A DNA stretch of 64,000 nucleotides from Microgenomates group bacterium. Its GTDB lineage: Bacteria > Patescibacteriota > Microgenomatia > UBA1406 > GWC2-37-13. Positions 19,021 through 27,960 of this stretch are shown here, piece after piece. The stretch is taken from positions 67,223 to 131,222 of the forward strand of contig JARYMT010000001.1 in assembly GCA_029906985.1 (NCBI GenBank). Reading direction: 5' to 3'. Made by a program: the position numbers and the translations under genes. Position 1 is the first letter of the stretch; every line of letters begins with the position of its first letter. The notes beneath the pieces were generated by a model that saw only the letters and a program-made list of their open reading frames with translations, had not been told where the DNA came from and did not search any database.

Positions 19021-20622
19021 TCAGCGTAATTTTTTAATATACGTCATCGGGACACCAAGGTGGGTAACCAGATGAATAGGTTCTCCCGGAAAAGCCAAAT
19101 GTAAATCCCATCGGGTTAAAGAAATTAGATAGTCTGCCTGATTTAAATCATCGGTTAAATAAAAATTTTTCGGGAAATAATAACTGGCGGTAAAAGGTTC
19201 GCCGACGACAAAAATCCGATAAATAACCTGATTTTTCTTCGTGTGTTTTGCCAACCAACCAACTGCTTCTTTGTAAGAAAGACAATTGTATTCAGTTTCA
19301 TAATCTTTATAAGCATTTTTTACCCCGCCAACTAACTGATTAAAATATATATATTCGTAAGGATGGTACAAGCTCATTTCCCAACCGGTATAAATCATTG
19401 TGCTAACAATCAGAATTAAAAATATCATCTTTACCAGCTTAATTTTTATATTCAATATCGCCGCTAAACCAAAACTGGCAATGATAATTATTGGCACGGT
19501 TAAAAAAAGCATTTGCCGCCAACTATCATAAAGTGTCGGCCTTAACCAAACCACTAAAAAAACTGGTATAAAAAAAGCCATTAAAAAATAAAAATAAAGC
19601 CATTTATTAACCGGATCATTTTTTTCTTGAAAAAAATGTTTAATGAGAGAATAAACACCAAGGAAAAAAAGAAACAAGGTCATTAAAGGAGAGGTAATCA
19701 GCAGCAGTTTAGGTAAATAATACCAAGGTAAGTCATAAGCCCAAATTCGCCGTCCCTCAAAAAGCACCGTCGCTGTCCAAGCATAATTTTTTGCCGCCAT
19801 TAGTTGGTCATAAATCCCCTTGATGGGGTGTTTTAATAAATAAGGATGACTCAAATGCCAAAATAAAATTGTTGCCAGAAAAATTAACAATATTTCTGAA
19901 AAAATTTTTTTTAAGGATTTTTTTTGTGAAAGATCAATAATTAAAATTGTCAACAAACTCAAAATAAAAAGATAGCCTAAAACAATTCTTTGGCTTATAC
20001 CAACCGCCGTCACCAAAGCCAGTCCCAATTTTTTGATCAAATCTTTATTGCTTTTTTGATAATAAACAAAAAAGGCAATGATTAAAGCGGTCGATAAAGT
20101 TGTCATTGTATCAATTGAGTTATTAAACATATCACCAAAAAATTTTGGAAATAAGGCAAGAAGAAGCATTGACCCTAAAGAAACTTCTGGACCAAAAAAA
20201 TTATTAACTACCAGCCCGATAAAAATAAAAGTCGGTAAAGCAAATAAAGCTTTTATTAAATGAAAAGATTCGAAATTAAAATTTTTGAAAAAAAGAGTCG
20301 ACAAAGTAATTAAAATGTCAAAAATTACTCCATGTCCTTTAAGGTGCATTTCTTTGGTGTCTATCTTTACCACGGTTAAATTGGTTTTTAAATTAAGAAG
20401 ATTAAAAAGAGAGTTGACAAAATCCCGGCCGTAATTAGCGTAATAAGGTTCATCCCAAGCAATTCCATAATCCCGGTAAATAAAAAATATTAAAAAAATT
20501 AAAGCGGTGACAAACAAAAAATGCAGCCAGTATTTTTTAATCCGCTTTAACCAAATTCTTTTATCGTAAAATTGGGAAATCTCAGTTTTTTTAAACACTT
20601 TTTTATTATATAAAAAAATCAA
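19021..20622 (-). CDS. GT-C glycosyltransferase (ArnT/PMT, GT39/GT83-like)
   Basis: 533-aa polytopic protein. First extracytoplasmic loop YRDYGIAWDEPYY carries the acidic DE motif typical of ArnT/PMT-type enzymes. C-terminal soluble domain. Confidence 0.6.
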   Translation of the reverse strand: MIFLYNKKVFKKTEISQFYDKRIWLKRIKKYWLHFLFVTALIFLIFFIYRDYGIAWDEPYYANYGRDFVNSLFNLLNLKTNLTVVKIDTKEMHLKGHGVIFDILITLSTLFFKNFNFESFHLIKALFALPTFIFIGLVVNNFFGPEVSLGSMLLLALFPKFFGDMFNNSIDTMTTLSTALIIAFFVYYQKSNKDLIKKLGLALVTAVGISQRIVLGYLFILSLLTILIIDLSQKKSLKKIFSEILLIFLATILFWHLSHPYLLKHPIKGIYDQLMAAKNYAWTATVLFEGRRIWAYDLPWYYLPKLLLITSPLMTLFLFFLGVYSLIKHFFQEKNDPVNKWLYFYFLMAFFIPVFLVVWLRPTLYDSWRQMLFLTVPIIIIASFGLAAILNIKIKLVKMIFLILIVSTMIYTGWEMSLYHPYEYIYFNQLVGGVKNAYKDYETEYNCLSYKEAVGWLAKHTKKNQVIYRIFVVGEPFTASYYFPKNFYLTDDLNQADYLISLTRWDLHLAFPGEPIHLVTHLGVPMTYIKKLR

Positions 20623-20651
20623 TCGTCATCAAATTAAAAAATGAGTCGTTT

Positions 20652-21710
20652 TTATTTAAGAAAATTAAGAGGATTAAGCAGACTTCCGCCCGAACGGATT
20701 TCAAAATGGAGATGAGGACCAGTTGAATGACCAGTTGAACCAACATTGCCAATCTTTTGTCCTTGAGTCACTCCTTGACCAGGAGAAACATCTATATTTG
20801 CTAAATGAGCATAAAGTGTTTGGTACCCGTTGGCGTGATCAATAATAATATGGCATCCATAACCATAGCGAACGCAGCCAGCAAAAACTACGGTCCCAGT
20901 ATCAGAGGCTAAAACCGGTGGATAACTTGGGTTGGCGATATCAAGAGCCATATGATACCAAACTGGATATTGGGTAATTAATCCTGATGTTGGCCAAATA
21001 AAATTAGATGACCCTTTGACTCCGGCTTGAATTTGAGCATAAAATTTTGGCGAAGCAATCGCCGGAGCTTCTTCGATTACCCCATCAGGGACATAAAGGA
21101 TTTGACCAACAGTCAAACTAAAGGTGTCTAGGTCGGCAAAATCATTAAAAGGAAAGTTAACGATTTTCTGCGGATCAGTTTTATACTTTTTAGCAATGGT
21201 ATAAATTGTTTCACCCGAGGCGACTTTATGAACAATGCCAGTAACCGGCGGAATCTTCAAAATTTGGCCCGGCTTAATCGTATCCGTCTTTAAATTATTA
21301 GCCCATTTGATTGTGTCAACCGAAATATCAAATTTTTTGGCAATTGAGGCTAAAGTATCGCCGGCCGCCACCTGATAATCAACGATGCTATCTCGAGGTT
21401 TGGAAGAAATTGTTGTTGATAAAGAATTTTCATAAGGATTATAGGCGACCATCGCCGCCTGATATTTTGAATCGGCTTCTAAATTAGGAAGAAAGGGGTT
21501 GTTTTCGGCAATAATTGGTCCACCAACAAAAGCCGATAACACAATTAAAAAAAATGAAGTGTTTAAAAAAGAACTGGAATATTTTCCTCTTTTTACGATT
21601 AAAAAAGCGACAATAATATCTTTTATGCCCTCAAACCATTGGCCAAAATTCAAAAACCGGCTCTTCAGATAATTTTTGATAAACAAAAAATAATCTCTTA
21701 TATCTTGCAT
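20652..21710 (-). CDS. LysM-domain M23 family metallopeptidase (peptidoglycan hydrolase)
   Basis: Two LysM repeats (YQVAAGDTLASIAKKF...; HKVASGETIYTIAKKY...) and the M23 signature YAHL...GNVGSTGHSTGPHLHFEIR. N-terminal TM anchor. Confidence 0.85.
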   Translation of the reverse strand: MQDIRDYFLFIKNYLKSRFLNFGQWFEGIKDIIVAFLIVKRGKYSSSFLNTSFFLIVLSAFVGGPIIAENNPFLPNLEADSKYQAAMVAYNPYENSLSTTISSKPRDSIVDYQVAAGDTLASIAKKFDISVDTIKWANNLKTDTIKPGQILKIPPVTGIVHKVASGETIYTIAKKYKTDPQKIVNFPFNDFADLDTFSLTVGQILYVPDGVIEEAPAIASPKFYAQIQAGVKGSSNFIWPTSGLITQYPVWYHMALDIANPSYPPVLASDTGTVVFAGCVRYGYGCHIIIDHANGYQTLYAHLANIDVSPGQGVTQGQKIGNVGSTGHSTGPHLHFEIRSGGSLLNPLNFLK

Positions 21711-21794
21711 AGAATAGTCATCTATATTTTACCATTTTATCGCCCGGGGGGGGTTTTTCCCGGCCAAAATAACTTAATTGTTATCCTCCTTTGT

Positions 21795-23051
21795 TTATCT
21801 CATCGCCGCCACAATTCTTTCAATCGCCGTCTCAAATGCCGCCTGTTTAAGGGAAATTTTTTTAGATTGCGATTTTTGCCAAATGCCGGCAAAAGCTTTT
21901 TCTAAAGAATCTTTTAATCTCTGATTAACTTCTTCTTCGGTCCACCAATATCCCTGCTTTCCCTGTACCCATTCCAAATAAGAGACAGTCACTCCACCGC
22001 TGTTGGCCAGAACATCGGGGACAATAATTACTCCTTTTTCATTTAAATATTCATAAGCTTCTTCTGTTAAAGGACCATTGGCCATTTCAATGATTATTTT
22101 TGCTTTAATTTTTTTCATGTTTTTTTCATTAATGACGTTTTCCAAAGCGGCAGGAACCAAAACATCAACCGGTAATTCTAAAAGTTCTTCATTGGAAATT
22201 GGCTGGCCAAAACTAAGATCGCAAACTGAGCCTCGGCAATAACAACCAGCCACGCTACCTTTTTCGTTTTTACATTTTAAGGTTGTTTGTGGATCTAAAC
22301 CATCTTTAACCAAGACACCACCCCGGCTATCTGAAACTGCCACCACTTTAAAACCGGATTCAGCAGCAATTTTCGCAAAATAATAACCCACATTACCAAA
22401 ACCCTGAACCGCAATGGAATGGGATTTTTTTCTTAATTTTGAAAGGAGGGCATTCAAAATTATTACTCCCCCTCTTCCTGTCGCCTCTGTCCTCCCTAGG
22501 CTTCCTCCTTTTTCAATCGGCTTGCCGGTAAAAGTCGCCGGACTTTTACGACCAATGATTTTTTCATATTCATCAAGCATCCAGGCCATAATTTTGGGAT
22601 TGGTGTTGACGTCTGGCGCCGGAACATCAATATTCTCGCCGATAAAGGCGGCTATCTGATCAACGTATTTTCTTGACAATCTTTCTAGTTCATCCTCCGA
22701 AAGTTCTTTGGGATTAAGCACCACCCCACCTTTGCCGCCGCCGTAAGGTAGTCCGGCCACCGAACACTTGATTGACATTAAAGTGGCTAAAGCCTGGGAT
22801 TCTTCTCGGTTAACCTGGGGGTGAAATCTGATCCCGCCTTTATATGGTCCTAAGGCGCTATTGTGCTGAATACGAAATCCTTTAAAAAGTTTTATTTCTC
22901 CATTATCCATTTTTACCGGAAAATTAAATTCATGAACCATTTCCGGTTCAATTAAGCGCTTGATAAGTTGATTATCCAAACCCAGTTTTTTTCCGGTTTT
23001 AATAATTAATGACTGGGCGCTTTCCAGCATTTTTTTTCCTTGGTTTTCCAT
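21795..23051 (-). CDS. gdhA: Glu/Leu/Phe/Val dehydrogenase family, glutamate dehydrogenase
   Basis: Signatures GPYKGGIRFHP, LPYGGGKGG, Rossmann VQGFGNVG. Confidence 0.9.
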   Translation of the reverse strand: MENQGKKMLESAQSLIIKTGKKLGLDNQLIKRLIEPEMVHEFNFPVKMDNGEIKLFKGFRIQHNSALGPYKGGIRFHPQVNREESQALATLMSIKCSVAGLPYGGGKGGVVLNPKELSEDELERLSRKYVDQIAAFIGENIDVPAPDVNTNPKIMAWMLDEYEKIIGRKSPATFTGKPIEKGGSLGRTEATGRGGVIILNALLSKLRKKSHSIAVQGFGNVGYYFAKIAAESGFKVVAVSDSRGGVLVKDGLDPQTTLKCKNEKGSVAGCYCRGSVCDLSFGQPISNEELLELPVDVLVPAALENVINEKNMKKIKAKIIIEMANGPLTEEAYEYLNEKGVIIVPDVLANSGGVTVSYLEWVQGKQGYWWTEEEVNQRLKDSLEKAFAGIWQKSQSKKISLKQAAFETAIERIVAAMR

Positions 23052-23099
23052 AAATAAAAGTTTTTAAAAAAAATAAATTTATAATATTTTTTAAATTTT

Positions 23100-24059
23100 T
23101 TAGTCTGATTTTTTTTCCAACCACCTTTTTATTTCTAAAGCGGCCGCCACCCCAGCACCAACAGCGGTTGCTAATTGGCGATAAACTGAATCAACACAAT
23201 CCCCAGCGGCAAAAACACCGTCAACCGAAGTCAAATAATTTTTAGTTAAGATATAGCCTTTTTCATCCATTTTAATCTGATTTTTAAAAATTTCTGTTGC
23301 TGGCCGATGACCAATTGCCACAAATAATCCATCGATTTTTAAAATTTGGTTGTTTGGTTTATTTTGAGAGCTTTTTTGCTGACTTTTATTTACTGGGGAG
23401 AAATTTTCAGTGGTTTTTAATTTTACCGCTTCTACTTTGTCTTTACCCAATACTTCAACAACTTGAGAATCCCAAATGATTTTAATTTTAGGATGATTTA
23501 AGGCTCTTTTTTGCATAATTTCTGTTGCCCGAAATTGATGACGACGATGAATAATATAAACCTTTTTTGCAAATTGGGTTAAACTTAAAGCTTCTTCTAA
23601 AGCGGTATCACCGCCGCCAACGACAGCAACGACTTTATCTTTATAAAAAAATCCATCACAATTAGCGCAAGTCGACACCCCGCGGCCAATAAACCGTTTT
23701 TCAGAAGGTAAACCAAGCCACACTGGTTTAGCGCCAGTGGCGATTAACACTGCTTGGGCTAAATATGTTTGATCAGTGGTAAAAATTTTAAATGGTTTTT
23801 GGCTAAAATCAACTCTAATTACTAATTTATCAGTGATTTTTGCTCCGAAACTTTTAGCTTGTCTTCTTATTTTTTCTGCCAATTCTGGTCCAGAGATTTT
23901 TTCGTGACCAGGAAAATTTTCTACATATGAAGTTAAAATTGGTTGACCACCTGGCAGATCGCCGGAAAAAACCACCGGCGACAATCCCGCCCGTCCCAAA
24001 TAAATGGCCGCCGCCAATCCTGCTGGCCCACCACCGATGACGATCACTTTTTCTACCAT
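23100..24059 (-). CDS. trxB: thioredoxin-disulfide reductase
   Basis: VIVIGGGPAGLAAAIY FAD motif, redox-active CANCDG, second Rossmann VAVVGGGDTALEEA, C-terminal GVFAAGDC. Contains a Q/S/N-rich insertion (NKSQQKSSQNKPNNQ). Confidence 0.9.
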   Translation of the reverse strand: MVEKVIVIGGGPAGLAAAIYLGRAGLSPVVFSGDLPGGQPILTSYVENFPGHEKISGPELAEKIRRQAKSFGAKITDKLVIRVDFSQKPFKIFTTDQTYLAQAVLIATGAKPVWLGLPSEKRFIGRGVSTCANCDGFFYKDKVVAVVGGGDTALEEALSLTQFAKKVYIIHRRHQFRATEIMQKRALNHPKIKIIWDSQVVEVLGKDKVEAVKLKTTENFSPVNKSQQKSSQNKPNNQILKIDGLFVAIGHRPATEIFKNQIKMDEKGYILTKNYLTSVDGVFAAGDCVDSVYRQLATAVGAGVAAALEIKRWLEKKSD

Positions 24060-24085
24060 AAAAATTAAGTAAAAAATTAATAATT

Positions 24086-24313
24086 TTAAAGGCTAATGAC
24101 CCTTTCAACCATTCTTTCAATTTTTTTTGCTTCGGTTTTTGGCATAATTTGACACATTTCCGAAACAACTATCTCTTTGGAAAGGCTGTCGATGGCTTTT
24201 TTTATGGCTGAAATTTGTTGAAGCACCTCACTGCAGTCACGCTTTTCGCCAACCATCTTTTCGATACCGCGAAGCTGTCCGACTATCCGGTTGACTCTTT
24301 TTTTAATATCCAT
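24086..24313 (-). CDS. CsoR/RcnR/FrmR-family metal- or redox-sensing transcriptional repressor
   Basis: 75 aa. RVNRIVGQLRGIEKMV...C..VLQQISAIKKAIDSL matches the DUF156 helix-bundle pattern, including the conserved Cys. Confidence 0.75.
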   Translation of the reverse strand: MDIKKRVNRIVGQLRGIEKMVGEKRDCSEVLQQISAIKKAIDSLSKEIVVSEMCQIMPKTEAKKIERMVERVISL

Positions 24314-24351
24314 AATTGTAAATTTTTGATTTTTAATTAAATATTTTCTCT

Positions 24352-24400
24352 TATATACTCCTTACCAGTATATAGTATACTGCTTTGGTCTGATTGTCAA
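24352..24400 (-). promoter_or_regulatory. promoter (TTGACA-17-TACTAT) with overlapping inverted-repeat operator for the csoR-like gene
   Basis: On the minus strand, TTGACA lies at 24395-24400, followed by a 17-nt spacer and TACTAT at 24372-24377. The inverted repeat TATATACT-N7-AGTATATA (24352-24374) overlaps the -10 element and the predicted TSS. Confidence 0.45.
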
Positions 24401-24552
24401 GAGGAATTATCAAATATCGTTTGAGCTTATTTTTTAAGACTTCTGCCTAAACAGGGTTTTGGTGATGTGAAATTTAAATCTAATCAAGCAATATTTATGT
24501 AATAAAGAAGCATCAGTTATGACGATTAATTTTTCCTAAATTTTCTCCAGAT

Positions 24553-25851
24553 TTAACCGGTTTTTAATGATTCTAAAAATTCTTGATTGTTTTTAGTCTT
24601 TGATAGTTTTTCAATTAGGGCAGTCAGGGCTTCTTCCGGTGTCAAAAGTGATAGCATTCTTCTTAAAGTGGCGACTTTTTTTAACATTTCTTTATCAAAC
24701 AGCAATTCTTCGTGGCGCGTCCCTGATTTTAAGATATCAATCGCTGGAAAAATTCTTTTATCGGCAAATTGCCGCTCAAGGTGAATTTCCATATTGCCTG
24801 TTCCTTTGAATTCTTCATAGATCAAATCGTCCATTCTTGATTCTGTCCCCACTAGGGCAGTGCCAATGATCGTCAAACTTCCGCCTTCTTCACAGTTTCG
24901 GGCGGCCCCGAGAAATTTTTTCGCCGGATAAAGAGCTGATGGATCAAAACCACCGGATAAACTTCTTCCAGTATTATTTACGGAAAGATTTAAGGCGCGC
25001 GCCAGCCGAGTCACCGAATCCAAAAGAATAATGACATCTTCACCCATCTCTACTAACCTTTTAGCTCTTTCTAAAGCTAAATTAGCCACTTTTACTTGCT
25101 GGCGGGGTGACTCATCAAAATTTGAGGCCGCCACCTCTCCTTTAATAAATCGTTTGATTTCAGTTACTTCCTCTGGTCTTTCTCCAATTAAAATCGCCAT
25201 AATTTTTACTTTGGGATAATTGATAGCGATTGCTTCGGCAATTTCTTTAAGAAAAGTAGTTTTCCCTGCTTTTGGCTGAGAGACAATTAAAGCTCGTTGA
25301 CCAAAACCGATTGGCGCCAGAAGGTCAATAATTCTGGTTGACAAAACTTCTTTATTAGTCTCCAGTTTAATTTGTTTGTTCGGGTGAAGTGAAGTGAGTT
25401 GGTCAAAATTTTTTCTCTGTCGGCTTTCTTCCTCGGTCATTACCTGATTGTTGATTTTTTTGATTAAAAGCAAGCTATGAAATCTTTCTCCTTCTTTGGG
25501 AGGCCGAGCTAAACCTTCAACTTCATCGCCTCGACGCAACCAAAATCTTCTAATTTGTGAGGTAGAAACATAAATATCCTGGTTTGGGTCGATAAAATAA
25601 TCCTTTCGTAAAAAACCATAACCCCCAAAGGTAATATCAAGAATCCCCTTGGCCGGATAACTAATTTTTAAATCTTCCTTTAATCTTTCTTCTAAAGGAA
25701 TTTCTTTTTCCATTGTAGACGAGGAGGTAAGATTTTCTTCGGGGACAATTGGCTTTTCTTCATATTTGTCGAGAATTTTTGCTACATCTAGCTCTTCACT
25801 TTCAATTTTAGTTTTTTTCCCTGATGTCCGGGTAGTTTTTCTGGGGAGCAT
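24553..25851 (-). CDS. rho: transcription termination factor Rho
   Basis: Rho N-terminal domain plus cold-shock-like RNA-binding domain (GYGFLR), Walker [16 protein letters not shown], full-length similarity pattern. Confidence 0.95.
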   Translation of the reverse strand: MLPRKTTRTSGKKTKIESEELDVAKILDKYEEKPIVPEENLTSSSTMEKEIPLEERLKEDLKISYPAKGILDITFGGYGFLRKDYFIDPNQDIYVSTSQIRRFWLRRGDEVEGLARPPKEGERFHSLLLIKKINNQVMTEEESRQRKNFDQLTSLHPNKQIKLETNKEVLSTRIIDLLAPIGFGQRALIVSQPKAGKTTFLKEIAEAIAINYPKVKIMAILIGERPEEVTEIKRFIKGEVAASNFDESPRQQVKVANLALERAKRLVEMGEDVIILLDSVTRLARALNLSVNNTGRSLSGGFDPSALYPAKKFLGAARNCEEGGSLTIIGTALVGTESRMDDLIYEEFKGTGNMEIHLERQFADKRIFPAIDILKSGTRHEELLFDKEMLKKVATLRRMLSLLTPEEALTALIEKLSKTKNNQEFLESLKTG

Positions 25852-25969
25852 AAATAGAATATAAAATTATAATAAATAAAAAAATAATAATAACCCTAAA
25901 TTTTAAAATTAAACCAATTCATACTTTTTGATTTTTTCTTCTAAGAAGGCCATTATGAGGTAATATAAT

Positions 25970-26147
25970 GATCCTCCCGAATGAGCAACAAGGAACTTTT
26001 TCCCTGTAAATAAATGGGGAGAAAGGCTCCGAACCCTTAAGGATCCGGAGACGCTATCTCATTTCAGGCGCCGATTGGTGCCCGATTACCCTTAAGTTTG
26101 ATAGCGTAGAGAAAAAGTTTTCAAAGTTTTTCCTCATCAGGAGGATC
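25970..26147 (-). ncRNA. 178-nt structured RNA (unclassified): rho 5' leader element or independent small RNA
   Basis: The ends pair over about 14 bp (GAUCCUCCUGAUGAG / CUCAUUCGGGAGGAUC). The stem continues as AACUUUUUCUC/GGGAAAAAGUU. Internal perfect 8-bp stem ACGCUAUC/GAUAGCGU and a 10-bp hairpin CUCCGGAUCC-UUAA-GGGUUCGGAG. GC visibly above the flanks. A minus-strand TTGACA-18-TATACT promoter (26154-26183) places the TSS at about 26147, the first base of the closing stem. Confidence 0.4.
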
Positions 26148-26314
26148 AGTCAAAGTATACTAAATTTAAATATCGCTTGTCAAGCCGAATATTTTTATCA
26201 TCTTTTGGGGATGATTCTTATCGAGTTTGCGGTTTTAAATTTTAATTTCGGACTTTCTTTATTTTTTTTAGCAGAGAATTAATGAATTTTGATTTTAAAT
26301 TATATAATTAATTT

Positions 26315-27097
26315 ATGCTCAAATATTGGACGGTTTTTAAATTGACAATAAAAGAATATTTTGTTTATCGTTTAAATTTTCTCCTTTGGCGTCTGCGGGT
26401 TTTTTTAAGTTATTTGGTAATTTTTTTTATCTGGTTAACCGTCTTTGAATCAAAAACAAACTTTGCCAGCTATAATAAAGCTTTACTTTTAACTTATCTT
26501 CTTATCTCCAATCTGATTTCCAGTTTTGTCCTTGGAACAAGAACAGCTGATATCGGAGCGGAAATCAATTCTGGAAAAATCATTAATCTTCTTCTTAAGC
26601 CGATCTCTTTTTTCAAATATTATTTAACCCTCGACTTGGCTGACAAGTTCCTTAATTTTTTTTGTGCGTTTTTTGAAATTACTTTGTTAGTAATCATTTT
26701 TAAAATTCCCATTATTGACCTAAAAAATCCGCTCCTTTTCCTAATTTTTTTTATTAATGGCGTTGCCATTTCTTTTTTTCTTAGCTTAATCATTTCTTTT
26801 TTAGGCTTCTGGACAACAGAAACTTGGGCGCCGCGGTTCATTTTTACCACCTTAATTTTTTTTCTCTCGGGTGCTTATTTTCCTCTTGATCTTTTGCCTT
26901 TTAATCTTTATTTTTTCTTTCTGATCAGCCCTTTCCCCTATTTATTTTACTTACCAACAAAAATCCTTATTGGAAAAATTGATCAATTAATTTATTTTCA
27001 GTTTATTATGTCATTTATCTGGGTTTTGTTATCTTATAAAATAAGCTATAAGATGTGGGTTAACGGCAATAAAAGTTTCTCTTTTTTTGGCCGCTGA
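26315..27097 (+). CDS. ABC-2 family transporter permease
   Basis: 260 aa with six hydrophobic segments. Translationally coupled to a second permease, followed by an ABC ATPase. Confidence 0.6.
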   Translation: MLKYWTVFKLTIKEYFVYRLNFLLWRLRVFLSYLVIFFIWLTVFESKTNFASYNKALLLTYLLISNLISSFVLGTRTADIGAEINSGKIINLLLKPISFFKYYLTLDLADKFLNFFCAFFEITLLVIIFKIPIIDLKNPLLFLIFFINGVAISFFLSLIISFLGFWTTETWAPRFIFTTLIFFLSGAYFPLDLLPFNLYFFFLISPFPYLFYLPTKILIGKIDQLIYFQFIMSFIWVLLSYKISYKMWVNGNKSFSFFGR

Positions 27098-27098
27098 T

Positions 27099-27881
27099 AT
27101 GAAACATTCTTTAAAAATATTTTTTTACTTAACCAAACTCTCTTTAAAAACGATTTTTCAAAATAAAATTGGTTCGATGTTTTTTATTATTGGAAAACTA
27201 ATCCGATTTGTTTTCTTTGTTTTTTTTATTTATATTCTTTTTAGTCAAACCAAATTAATTCGGAACTATAATTTTAATCAAATTATAATTTTTTATCTCA
27301 CTTTCAATTTGATTGACACTCTGTCTCAAGCTCTTTTTCGCGAAGTTTATCGTTTTCGGCCCTTAATTCTTTCCGGAAATTTTGATTTGGTTTTAACTAA
27401 GCCTCATCATCCTTTTTTAAAAATTCTTCTTGGCGGAGTTGATTTTCTTGATGTTTTTTTATTTATTCCTTATATTGGGCTAATAATTTATTTTGGATTA
27501 AAAATTCCCAACATCCATCTTATTTCTGTTTTTCTTTATATTTTATTTATTTTTAACTCCCTTTTAATTACCACGGCTTTTCATATCGCTGTTTTGGCTT
27601 TTGGTATCTTAACCACTTCGGTTGACCATATAATTTTTATTTATCGCGATCTTATGTCGGTTGGTCGATTTCCTATTGATATTTATAAATCGCCGGTGCG
27701 GGAAATTTTTATTTTTTTTATTCCCACGGCGGTAGTGATGACTTTTCCTGCCAAAATTCTTTTGGGAATTTTAACTTGGCCGTTTTTTCTTTGGTCTTTT
27801 TTTGTATCATTATTATCATTATTTTTAGCCTTAAGGCTTTGGGATTTTGCTTTAAGAAAATATCAAAGTTATGGAGGATAA
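27099..27881 (+). CDS. ABC-2 family transporter permease (second subunit)
   Basis: Polytopic protein of about 260 aa. ATG 27099 lies 1 nt after the upstream stop (27095-27097); the track start is TTG 27087. Confidence 0.6.
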   Translation: MKHSLKIFFYLTKLSLKTIFQNKIGSMFFIIGKLIRFVFFVFFIYILFSQTKLIRNYNFNQIIIFYLTFNLIDTLSQALFREVYRFRPLILSGNFDLVLTKPHHPFLKILLGGVDFLDVFLFIPYIGLIIYFGLKIPNIHLISVFLYILFIFNSLLITTAFHIAVLAFGILTTSVDHIIFIYRDLMSVGRFPIDIYKSPVREIFIFFIPTAVVMTFPAKILLGILTWPFFLWSFFVSLLSLFLALRLWDFALRKYQSYGG

Positions 27882-27960
27882 CTGATTTTCAACTTTAAAT
27901 TTTAAATACCAAATTGATAAATTTATTAGAAATTTAAAAAAGAAATTAAAAAATTAACAA

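Noticed and set aside
21740-21775. The G/C run ATCGCCCGGGGGGGGTTTTTCCCGGCC between the M23 peptidase and gdh, considered as another copy of the GC-rich intragenic element.
   Set aside because: It has no extended similarity to the tgt/tatD repeat. It is intergenic and forms a short CCGGG/CCCGG hairpin just downstream of gdh, so it is more simply a 3'-end hairpin.
26100-26147. The CUGAUGA sequence near the 5' end of the rho-upstream RNA (minus strand), reminiscent of the hammerhead ribozyme core.
   Set aside because: The hairpin that follows is not succeeded by the required GAAA core element, and no cleavage-site or stem III arrangement is present. The heptamer is simply part of the closing stem pairing with CUCAUUCGGGAGG.
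25970-26147. Assignment of the structured RNA as 6S RNA, SRP RNA, RNase P RNA, tmRNA or a known riboswitch (TPP, Mn/yybP, fluoride).
   Set aside because: - The size fits 6S RNA, but my manual fold is a three-way junction rather than a rod with a central bubble.
- There is no SRP domain IV (GGAA/AGCA) motif, no RNase P P4 (GAGGAAAGUCC) motif and no tRNA-like 3' end.
- The riboswitch core sequences did not match.
- It is left unclassified.
9712-26183. Recurrent (C)TTGACAA motifs at 9741, 24395 and 26178, considered as further copies of the island iteron.
   Set aside because: Each is followed at 17-18 nt by a plausible -10 hexamer upstream of a gene, so they are ordinary -35 elements. Only the island copies are tandem and lack matching -10 elements.
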